Positions 9,683-17,737 of a stretch of DNA of 33,024 nucleotides are shown here, in pieces. Positions within the stretch are counted from its first letter, which is position 1. Every line of letters starts with the position of its first letter. The stretch is from a virus. Its lineage: Duplodnaviria; Caudoviricetes. The stretch is taken from IMG/VR virus record IMGVR_UViG_3300023055_000253, positions 1-33,024 of that record; one strand, given 5' to 3'. Under the pieces are notes generated by a model. The model did no database searches and had not been told where the DNA came from. It was given only the letters and a program-made list of their open reading frames with translations. The position numbers were made by a program, and so were the translations under genes.

Positions 9683-10945
9683 TCAGGCTGTGAACTTCAG
9701 AAGCTTGACCGCATCAAAATCCTGCACACCGCCGCCCACGCGTTTAGTGGTGTAGAAAAGCACGTATGGCTTGGCAGAATATGGATCGCGCAACACGCGC
9801 ACACCGATACGATCCACCACCAGATAGCCGCGTTCAAAATCGCCAAAGGCAATCGGCGTTCCGTCAGCTGCAATGTCTGGCATATGCTCGGCCTCGACCA
9901 GACCAAAGCCCATCAGCGATGCCTTTTCACCAACAGCCGCTGGTGGCTGCCAGAGGTAGTTGCCGTCTGCATCTTTCAGCTTGCGCAATACGCTCTGTGT
10001 CTTGCGGTTCATCACAAAATTGGCGTTCTGGCGATAACCAGCTTTCAGCGCATAGATGAGTTCAATTAGTTTGTCGGATGGATCGGAAGCAGGCAATGCG
10101 CCGTCAACGCCAGTGGCTATGTGGCCGATCTTGCCCCACTCCCAGCTTGCATCTTCAACGGTGCTGTAGCTCAGGAAGCCCATCGGCTTGTTCAGGCCAT
10201 TGCCGGTGATGAAGGCAGCACCTTCCTGCTCGGCAAAGGCTGCTTCGACTTCTTCCGCGATCCACTGCTCAACGTTGACAGCTGCGTCATCAAGCAATGA
10301 AGAAGTGGCCGCAGGCATTGCGTAGATTTCCATCGTCGGGAACTGCAACTCTGCAAGCTTGGCCGAAGCTGTCTGCGGACGCGCATCGGTTTCACCGACC
10401 CAGCCTGTTGCGGGGCCGCTGACCGAGAATGGCTTTTTCAGCACAGCACCGGAAACCTGACGCACACTGGAAATGCCACGGATCGGTGACAGCACGGCCA
10501 GACGACGACCGATTTCGGTTTCGAGTTCCGCAGGCACCAGATAGCCGCCATCCGGACCAGATGCATAGGAATGGGCCTTTTGCTCAATGCCACGCATCGC
10601 CTGCTCGTCGCCACGGCGCACATAACCGTCAAAAGCCTGCTTATGCTCGACATCGACGATAGCATTGCCCTTGCCAAGCTGCGGACGCGCACTTTTCAAA
10701 ACATACTGGTCAAGTGCCTGTTTTTGTTCGTCCAGCGCACGGTTGATACGATCAACCTTGTCGCGCAGCAGCACATCGACATCGGCACTTTTTTCGACCT
10801 TTTTCAGACGCTCATCATTGGCTTCACGAAAAGCCGAGAAAGCGGTCATGAATTCATCGAAGGCTTCCGACACATCGCCGTTGTTTCCAAGCGCCTTCGT
10901 TTCCACGCTCTTGGTTTCGAGCGGGATTGCATGACTTTTTACCAT
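9683..10945 (-). CDS. GTA major capsid protein (g5, HK97 fold)
   Basis: DGGYLVP, FITGNGLNKPMGFL, RDPYSAKPYVLFYTTKRVGGGV. Confidence 0.96.
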   Translation of the reverse strand: MVKSHAIPLETKSVETKALGNNGDVSEAFDEFMTAFSAFREANDERLKKVEKSADVDVLLRDKVDRINRALDEQKQALDQYVLKSARPQLGKGNAIVDVEHKQAFDGYVRRGDEQAMRGIEQKAHSYASGPDGGYLVPAELETEIGRRLAVLSPIRGISSVRQVSGAVLKKPFSVSGPATGWVGETDARPQTASAKLAELQFPTMEIYAMPAATSSLLDDAAVNVEQWIAEEVEAAFAEQEGAAFITGNGLNKPMGFLSYSTVEDASWEWGKIGHIATGVDGALPASDPSDKLIELIYALKAGYRQNANFVMNRKTQSVLRKLKDADGNYLWQPPAAVGEKASLMGFGLVEAEHMPDIAADGTPIAFGDFERGYLVVDRIGVRVLRDPYSAKPYVLFYTTKRVGGGVQDFDAVKLLKFTA

Positions 10946-10958
10946 TTTTGATCCTGAT

Positions 10959-11627
10959 TTAATTAAGTTGCATCATCTTGCAGGCGGCGCGCATACGCTG
11001 CGCAAGCGCCTTATCATCTGCCTGGAAAGCGTCCCGCCCGTCCCGGCTTTGCATGGCTGCAAGCGCTGAATAGCCTTTGGCTATAACCAAACGTGCAGCA
11101 GAACGGCTCAGCCCCGCATCCCGCGTGAGCCAGCGTTCAAATTCTCTGACTGTCGGCAATTCCGCCTTCAGATTATCGATGCGTGCCTGTGGCAGCATAG
11201 GAAACGTGACCACCGAGATTTCCCAGAGATCTGCTTCCGTGATGTGGCGCAAACCGGTCCGCGCATCCTTGCGCGCTTTGACTGTGCGAAAGCCGATGGA
11301 TAGCCCATCCAGCCCACCAGCGCGCATGAGTTCCAGCGCCTCGCGTGCCCGTGCCACGCCCTTGGCCAGTCTGCCCTCGACATAAAGGCCGCGTGCATCC
11401 TCACGAATATCAATCCAGACACCGATCGGTTCAGCCGCATCATGCTGCCAGAGCATTCGCACACCAGAAGATTGACGCGACGCAAGCGACTTTGCAAAGG
11501 CGCCTTTTTCGATCACATCATTTCCAAGATCAGCTAAGCCGAACACACTGGCATAGCCTGAAAAACTGCCGTCGATTTCGATCTCTTCGAGCGCCAGTGA
11601 TGCGCGCTTGGTTTCAAGCTTTGTCAT
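10959..11627 (-). CDS. GTA prohead protease (g4, HK97 family)
   Basis: Start reassigned to ATG 11627 with AGGAG RBS; FSGYASVFG, MLWQHD, GLSIGF, LWEISVVTFP. Confidence 0.93.
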   Translation of the reverse strand: MTKLETKRASLALEEIEIDGSFSGYASVFGLADLGNDVIEKGAFAKSLASRQSSGVRMLWQHDAAEPIGVWIDIREDARGLYVEGRLAKGVARAREALELMRAGGLDGLSIGFRTVKARKDARTGLRHITEADLWEISVVTFPMLPQARIDNLKAELPTVREFERWLTRDAGLSRSAARLVIAKGYSALAAMQSRDGRDAFQADDKALAQRMRAACKMMQLN

Positions 11628-11991
11628 TCCGGCTCCTTTGCAAAGATGGGAGACCGGGAAGCGGTGCATGTTTCACACGTTCCGCAAAGCGCTTGAGAAT
11701 GCCAAGCACCGACCATGCGGCAAGACTTGCAGCGGTTGCGCCCATCAGCATCACCTCGGCACGACCAAGCAGCGGTTCAAGTGACAGTGTTTCGGCAATT
11801 TTCACGCCCGCTGCACCGCCAAAAACCATGCCGCAGATAATGCCTACAGCAAAGCGAATGCCAGCCTCACGCTTGCCATTTGGCAACATATAAGCAAGCG
11901 ACACGGCAGAACCGGCGACCGCCCCGGCAATCTTCGCGAACCACACCAGTGTCGCATCGGATGACATCACGGTTTCACTCAGATTACTCAT
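11614..11991 (-). CDS. GTA-associated membrane protein between portal and protease
   Basis: 125 aa with three hydrophobic segments; start overlaps the portal stop. Confidence 0.75.
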   Translation of the reverse strand: MSNLSETVMSSDATLVWFAKIAGAVAGSAVSLAYMLPNGKREAGIRFAVGIICGMVFGGAAGVKIAETLSLEPLLGRAEVMLMGATAASLAAWSVLGILKRFAERVKHAPLPGLPSLQRSRNDKA

Positions 11992-13181
11992 TGCACTCTC
12001 CTTTCTGCACGCGGCTGATAGCCAACCGCATCGCGTTTTTCATCGTCACTTAAGAACGAGGCATCAGAGACGCGCCGCCATAACGATTCACGTTCCAGAG
12101 AAAGACCTTCGATGCGATCCGTGTCATGCTCAAGCCTGAGATCGCTGCCGAAAATCGGCCCCAACCAGCACCCGAAAGCCTTTGCCGTGCGGTTGATCAG
12201 CGGCAGCACTGTCAGGCGATAAAATGCGCGGTTGGCTTCGGCATAATTGGCGTAAGTGTTGTCGCCCGGAATGCCTAGCAGCATCGGCGGCACGCCAAAT
12301 GCCAAAGCAATGTCGCGAGCCGCCCCATTTTTCGCTTCGATGAAATCCATATCCTGTGGGCTGTAACCCATAGCCTTCCAGTCGAGCCCACCTTCAAGAA
12401 GCAGCGGCCGCCCCGCACCAGATGCTCCGGTGTAGCCCTCCTCAAGTTCGGTTTTCAGGCGGTCAAACTGCTCTTCAGTCAGGTTGCCACCGTCTTTGGG
12501 CGCATAGACCAGCGCACCGGAAGGCCGTGCAGAGTTATCAAGCAAAGCCTTGTTCCAGGCACCTGCCGCATTGTGCAGATCAAGCGCCATCAGAGCTGCT
12601 TCAAGCGGCGGAAAACCATAATGATCATCCAGCGGATGAAAAAGCTTCAGATGCAGGCCAAAACACCCTGCCCCCGCGAGCGAAACCATGCGGCTCGTAT
12701 TGGCTGAGCGGTAGACCAGCGATTGCGGCCAGCCGTCACTCGATGTTTCCAGCGTCACTCTTTCAGGCCGCAGAAGATGCAGCTCACGTCTACCGCTCGG
12801 CAGATCGACGCGCTCGACATATGCATTTCCCGAAATCAGCAAATGCCCATAAAGCCGCTCGAAGAAACTGCTACCATCAAGCCCGCATTGCGGTGTCGCG
12901 ATGAGGTCGAGCAACGGATGCACCTCATGTTCGGTCATGCCTTCATAGAGCAGCCACGGTACATTGCTGGCCGCTTCCGCGATCAGCCGCACGCAGCGAT
13001 GCGCGACCGGATTGCGCATGAAGCCCTCACGAGCGAGCGACGTATAATCCCGCGCAATCCACGAAGCGCCGCGCTCCATATGCAGCGCCACGAAGCCATT
13101 TGCGCTTTTTCTCTCTCGCCCCGCTTCAGAATACGAAGGGGCATTCGCAGCACCTCTGCGCCACGGCCAGTTCCACGCCAT
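11988..13181 (-). CDS. GTA portal protein (g3, HK97 family)
   Basis: NPVAHRCV, NSARPSGAL, FGVPPMLLGIPGDNTYANY; likely ATG at 13181. Confidence 0.95.
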   Translation of the reverse strand: MAWNWPWRRGAANAPSYSEAGRERKSANGFVALHMERGASWIARDYTSLAREGFMRNPVAHRCVRLIAEAASNVPWLLYEGMTEHEVHPLLDLIATPQCGLDGSSFFERLYGHLLISGNAYVERVDLPSGRRELHLLRPERVTLETSSDGWPQSLVYRSANTSRMVSLAGAGCFGLHLKLFHPLDDHYGFPPLEAALMALDLHNAAGAWNKALLDNSARPSGALVYAPKDGGNLTEEQFDRLKTELEEGYTGASGAGRPLLLEGGLDWKAMGYSPQDMDFIEAKNGAARDIALAFGVPPMLLGIPGDNTYANYAEANRAFYRLTVLPLINRTAKAFGCWLGPIFGSDLRLEHDTDRIEGLSLERESLWRRVSDASFLSDDEKRDAVGYQPRAERRVQ

Positions 13182-13208
13182 ATATCGGCTCTCCAATAAA
13201 GTTAAATT

Positions 13209-14054
13209 TTACCCGAAGCGCCGGATACGTGGCTTTCGTTCGCCACCCAGCATGAGTTCGGTCAGCGCCCAAACGAGTGCATCAAGGCGATCCGGCGAGC
13301 GTCCGTTCGAGAGCCCTTCCGGCGCAAAGTCACACATTTCGTCTTCAAGTGCTGCGAAACGCCCGGTATGGCGAACACGCCCCTGTTCATAAAGGGCTGC
13401 CACCGGTTCGGCGCGCAACCACTTGCCGCGCGAGGCACGCCGCATCAAAACCGGCACCGTCGCATCTTCCGCCGCAAGCACGGCTGCAACCATTTCGCCG
13501 CCCTGATTAACCTCAGCCAGAACCGCATCCGCTTCAAAGGAGTGATAAAGCGCAATCGCCCGTCGCGCCCATTGATGTGGCTTGGCCATGTTCATGGTTT
13601 CATCGGCAAGCACATGCGCAATGCCATTTTCATCGATACCTGCAACCACAATCCCGCAAGCATCCGACGACTTACCCGATGAAGCAGGCGGATCAATCGC
13701 CACCAGAATACGGATCAACTCAGGAGCGGACTGTTCAAAACATTGCTCAATCCGCTCACGCGACCACAAGGCGCCTGCGCGTTCTTCGATAAGCTCGCCT
13801 TCCAGTTCCTGTCGTCCGAGCCTTGTTCCGGCATATCGCTGGTTAATCGTCTCAATAAAACCATTCGCCAGATTGGCTACGTTTTCAGCTGTCCGCATAT
13901 GTGTCATCGAAACTGAAACATCGCATATCAATGCCTTCAACAAAGGCACGGCCCGCGGTGTCGTCGTCACAACCTGACGCGGGAAATCGCCCAGACGCAG
14001 GCCAAATTGCAGCATGTCCCATGTGGCTTGCGGATTTTTCCACTTGGCCAGCTC
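13209..14054 (-). pseudogene. terL: GTA large terminase (g2), 3' portion only, interrupted by prophage
   Basis: The frame upstream of ATG 14015 continues as ELAKWKNPQATWD-MLQFGLRLG up to 14054, then gives R-C-stop (TAG at 14061-14063) instead of the family Walker B WCDE. TTTPR motif and nuclease motifs (AIDPP, SPDRLDALVW) are intact; Walker A is absent from the window. Confidence 0.9.
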
Positions 14055-14093
14055 CCTACACTATAGAATTGCGTGCAACAGGCAGTTGTAGGG
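14030..14093. other. Candidate prophage attachment junction (hybrid att site)
   Basis: Terminase coding similarity is lost abruptly at 14054/14055, 86 bp upstream of a serine integrase start. An imperfect palindrome lies at 14054-14093. Confidence 0.7.
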
Positions 14094-14140
14094 CAAAGTG
14101 TTAATTCAAACTTGCTACATCACTGAAAACAAAGGGTTAA

Positions 14141-15979
14141 ATGATGGCTGGTAACATGCATCCGAAAACGAAGGCGTATTCATACGTTCGTATTTCGTCA
14201 AAAGGCCAGATTGATGGTCGCGGCATTAGTCGTCAGGTGCAAGCAGCGCAAGACTATGCAGATAAGCATGAACTCGATTTAGATTCGAAACTATCGGACA
14301 TCGGCAAATCCGGCTTTCACGGACACCATGTAAAATTCGGTGCGCTCGGTAACTTCCTGCGCTTGGTCAAAGATGGTCAAATACCGATTGGTTCGTATCT
14401 GCTAGTCGAGTCCCTTGATCGCTTGTCGCGTGAAGACGTTCTAACAGCGCAATCGCAGTTCTTAGATATTTTGAGTGCTGGTATTACGATTGTCACGCTC
14501 ATTGATGGAATGGTCTACCACAAGGATAAGGACTTCACTCAGTTGATCATCTCGCTCACGTACATGAGCAGAGCAAACAACGAATCAAAGGAAAAGTCTG
14601 ATCGAATCAAAGATGTGATCCGTAATCGCAAACTCGAAGCGTTGCAGGGTAAGCCGCGATACAATCATCATCTTGTAGGCTGGATTGATCAGAAGCGGGT
14701 TGGCGAAACGAAAGACTATGAGTTCTCGTTGAATGATAAGGCTAAGACGGTTCAGCGCATATTTGAGTTATTCGATGAAGGTTTAGGCGTCTTCTCAATT
14801 GCAAAGATATTGAACACCGAGAAACTTCCTGTCTTGCGTACTAACACAAATACGGATCAACGCTGGAAAGACGCAACCATTCGCCTGCTGCTACGAAATG
14901 AAACTGCAATAGGCACATACACGATCACCGAGACAGTGAATGGCAAAACGGTGCCAATGGGTGAGCCGCTCAAAAACTATTACCCTGCCGCTATACCAGA
15001 GGATTTGTTCTGGCGCGTGCAGAGGCGTTTTAAGAGCAAGTCGCGAGCGGGAGCATTAGGACGTCGCTACGCAAACTTGTTTGCACGAAACACATCATGC
15101 GCAAAATGTGGTCGCGTTCTTAAAATGTCGCGTGGCGGACATGAGGGCAATCGGATTGTTTACCTGACATGTGCACAACGGCAATTGGTTAAAGGTCACG
15201 AGTGCGACTCGCCTACTCCACTCTTTCCATATGCTCCGCTTGAAGACTCCGTTCTGACATACGTAACTGACTTCTACGAAGCAGCCGCAGCAGAAATGAA
15301 CGCACCGCACAAAAACAAAGCGAAACTCGCCAAGCAGTTAGATGATGCAAACGAATATCTGATCTCGATTGAAAAGAAGCGGTCGAATTTGATGAAGTTG
15401 GCCGAACAAGACTTAGATGCCGCTGACCTAGCCGATATTAGCAAACGCATGCGAGAGTGGCGCGATAAGATCGAAGAACAAAAATCGTATATCAGTGGTC
15501 TCGAAACTGACATTCGGCAGACTGACGAAAAGCGGGAGGAACTGCAAAGCGTACTTCAGCAGATCGAATCAGAGCGCAAGAAATGGAAAACGGCTGGAGA
15601 CGACGAGGTGATGCAGAGCCGCGCTCGTGTTGCGAAAATGCTGCGAGAGTTCATCACAACCGTTGAAGTGGACTTCGACAATCAATTTGCAACGATTTGG
15701 GTCGGTGGCTTTACGAGCGCTTACAGGTTCGACCGAAAAGGTAATCTGGTTAGTCACGTCAACATTCTCCCAATGTTCCAAACTGGTCCTGTGCGAACTT
15801 ATGTTGACCGCACACCTTCTGGACGTGCGCGACGTATCCGCGTTCTAACCGATGCGCCTGACGTTCCTGCAATGACTGACGATATGATGCGTACCATGAT
15901 GATGAATATGGGGTGGAATGAATCACGGATAGAAATGGCAATGGAAGCAAGCAAGCGCATCCGTGAAAGCGTTATGTAG
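14141..15979 (+). CDS. Large serine recombinase (integrase)
   Basis: AYSYVRISS with catalytic Ser, ESLDRLSR, recombinase domain (GVFSIAKILN...YPAAIPEDLF), zinc ribbon CAKCG...C...C, coiled coil. Confidence 0.93.
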   Translation: MMAGNMHPKTKAYSYVRISSKGQIDGRGISRQVQAAQDYADKHELDLDSKLSDIGKSGFHGHHVKFGALGNFLRLVKDGQIPIGSYLLVESLDRLSREDVLTAQSQFLDILSAGITIVTLIDGMVYHKDKDFTQLIISLTYMSRANNESKEKSDRIKDVIRNRKLEALQGKPRYNHHLVGWIDQKRVGETKDYEFSLNDKAKTVQRIFELFDEGLGVFSIAKILNTEKLPVLRTNTNTDQRWKDATIRLLLRNETAIGTYTITETVNGKTVPMGEPLKNYYPAAIPEDLFWRVQRRFKSKSRAGALGRRYANLFARNTSCAKCGRVLKMSRGGHEGNRIVYLTCAQRQLVKGHECDSPTPLFPYAPLEDSVLTYVTDFYEAAAAEMNAPHKNKAKLAKQLDDANEYLISIEKKRSNLMKLAEQDLDAADLADISKRMREWRDKIEEQKSYISGLETDIRQTDEKREELQSVLQQIESERKKWKTAGDDEVMQSRARVAKMLREFITTVEVDFDNQFATIWVGGFTSAYRFDRKGNLVSHVNILPMFQTGPVRTYVDRTPSGRARRIRVLTDAPDVPAMTDDMMRTMMMNMGWNESRIEMAMEASKRIRESVM

Positions 15980-16004
15980 ATTGGAGGATAAAAATCCTCC
16001 AATC
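15979..16004. terminator. Hairpin between convergent integrase and late genes
   Basis: Perfect 11-bp stem GATTGGAGGAT-AAAA-ATCCTCCAATC; no clear U-tract. Confidence 0.55.
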
Positions 16005-16015
16005 GAATTGATGGC

Positions 16016-16201
16016 TCAATCGTTTCTCTGTGTCCAAGAAGTGTTTTCCACGTCCCAAATCCAATCGTTACCCGCTGGCGGCGCTGGAACTGCTATGAGG
16101 TTAGTCAGATATTTCGGCTCAACATCCTCACCTGTTAGCGTGCTGATTATGACGAGCGAACTTTTTGCCGTGTTCCAATAAAAATGATCTTTAATATCCA
16201 T
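16016..16201 (-). CDS. Small protein, possible tail fibre assembly factor
   Basis: ATG at 16201 overlaps the fibre stop (TAATG). 61 aa with PAPP...WIWD....W pattern. Confidence 0.55.
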   Translation of the reverse strand: MDIKDHFYWNTAKSSLVIISTLTGEDVEPKYLTNLIAVPAPPAGNDWIWDVENTSWTQRND

Positions 16202-17682
16202 TATCGTGTCGTCCCAAAATAATATCCAGTCCATGAATAAGAGCCTGATCCGCTTCGTTCAATGCGAATGGACTCGCCCTGACGGACTCGGCAGAACTGG
16301 TTATTGGTGCATGTAACGCCGGTTGATGTATTCCACGCTCGCAGAGAAATCGTGTTTGTAGTCGATACCAGCCCCTGAACCATCAAGTCATAACCAGTGG
16401 TGTTTTGCCATTCCTGGCCGTGACTGTTTAAGGAAACTTGGCCTGTAATAGCGTTGAAAACAGATCGATTACGCGCTTCTTGTGTCGCCCAAGCGCTTGC
16501 GCGGCCTTCAATCTGGTTAGAAATGGTCGCTTGTGTCCAACCTCCTACTGAGTTCACGTTGAAGTTCGACGGGTTATAGACATACATGTTAACGCCGTCT
16601 GATCCGCCCCAAACCCATGTCGGCTGTCCGCCTTGTCCAGACCAGTTGAATTGCATATTCACCCCGCCAACACGACGCGGATATGCATAACCGTTCATAT
16701 TGCCGTTAGTCGCTGTGGTGATAGCGCTGCTGACCTGAGCCGGTGTCTGTGGCGTGTAACCGAGAGCGCCGGTAATATCACCCGCCACCAGCGTTAGTGC
16801 GTGGGTGTGACCTGTTGCAGTAACTGAGTTTGTCGTTGAATTAGTAACAGTCGTAGGCGCACCCAGCGTGATCGTAACACCGCCGCTAATAGTACCGCCA
16901 CCAGTGAGACCATTCCCCGCCGTTACTGTTTTATTGAATGCATTATCGACATACGTTTTCGTGGCCGCTGCATTTCCAGAAGTCGGTGCAGTTGGCAAAA
17001 TCAACTGACCATCTGTTTGCAAAGTCATTTCTTTATAGGAAGTATCGTCGGTGCTGTAAGCGCGTAATGCAAGCGAGTTGTTCGTGCCATTATTAAAAAT
17101 GAGGCCAGTTACTTTATTATCTGGGGCGCGAAACCAAACGTGGCGATTACCTGCTGCATTGATGTAAACGGAACCACCGTCTGCGCTAACAAACTTCGTA
17201 GTAGCCGTGCCTGTAACGTTGATGTTCTCCACCGTTGTAAGGCCGGTGAAAGCAGGGTTAGCAGTGTTCGTCGAAAGCAAGCGGAAACTCGTTCCATCAA
17301 ACGCAACTTCGACAACCTGATCCTTATTGATCTGGTTTGCAGTGATCGGGCTTCCGTCATTATTGACGATTGAGCGAGCAGCCTGTGCGTTCACTTTGAG
17401 TGAAGCAGGACCAGTATTAGCAACATGAGCGATAAACGCGTATCGGTCGCCACGAACAAATTCTGTTGGGCCAACATCGAATGTCAGGACATAAGCAGCG
17501 CCCGTTCCTGACGATATTTTGCGTGGATTTTCGCGAGTGTCTTTGCGCTTCACTGCGCCTTTGTCTGCGCGAATAATATCGTAAAGACTTGTTGGAGGTG
17601 TACCAGCAGGTAAACCATCTGGCGGAGGAGCGACGTTAAGAACGTCTTCTTCCATCCATTTCGAACTATTAATATCAGCCAT
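16201..17682 (-). CDS. Tail fibre protein
   Basis: 493 aa, Thr/Gly/Asn-rich; AATKTYVD, AGNGLTGGG, GHTHA, FNWSGQGGQPTWVWGG modules typical of fibres. Confidence 0.85.
   Translation of the reverse strand: MADINSSKWMEEDVLNVAPPPDGLPAGTPPTSLYDIIRADKGAVKRKDTRENPRKISSGTGAAYVLTFDVGPTEFVRGDRYAFIAHVANTGPASLKVNAQAARSIVNNDGSPITANQINKDQVVEVAFDGTSFRLLSTNTANPAFTGLTTVENINVTGTATTKFVSADGGSVYINAAGNRHVWFRAPDNKVTGLIFNNGTNNSLALRAYSTDDTSYKEMTLQTDGQLILPTAPTSGNAAATKTYVDNAFNKTVTAGNGLTGGGTISGGVTITLGAPTTVTNSTTNSVTATGHTHALTLVAGDITGALGYTPQTPAQVSSAITTATNGNMNGYAYPRRVGGVNMQFNWSGQGGQPTWVWGGSDGVNMYVYNPSNFNVNSVGGWTQATISNQIEGRASAWATQEARNRSVFNAITGQVSLNSHGQEWQNTTGYDLMVQGLVSTTNTISLRAWNTSTGVTCTNNQFCRVRQGESIRIERSGSGSYSWTGYYFGTTR
17389..17405. 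repeat. Dispersed palindrome copy 1 (gTTCACT-TTG-AGTGAAG)
   Basis: Read directly; inside the tail fibre gene. Confidence 0.85.
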
Positions 17683-17737
17683 TAAGCCACCTTATTATTG
17701 TTGTTATGTGGTGTTCTTCGTATTTAAACTTGGAATA

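Larger units (their letters stand above)
515..14054 (-). other. RcGTA-like gene transfer agent head-tail gene cluster (terminase interrupted)
   Basis: Canonical g2-g15 gene order, tightly overlapping ORFs, short tape measure, and no replication or integration genes of its own. Confidence 0.93.

Noticed and set aside
515-14054. Left cluster as a second ordinary prophage
   Set aside because: Gene order, short tape measure, megatron and host-like composition match the RcGTA family.
14058-14100. Outward sigma70 promoter (TATAGT) driving the truncated GTA operon
   Set aside because: No -35 element at proper spacing, and the nearby AGGGAG has no in-frame canonical start at suitable distance.
16016-17682. 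Diversity-generating retroelement or invertible tail-fibre cassette driven by the adjacent recombinase
   Set aside because: No reverse transcriptase, template/variable repeat pair, inverted fibre cassettes or flanking inversion sites are seen. The recombinase has integrase-type architecture.
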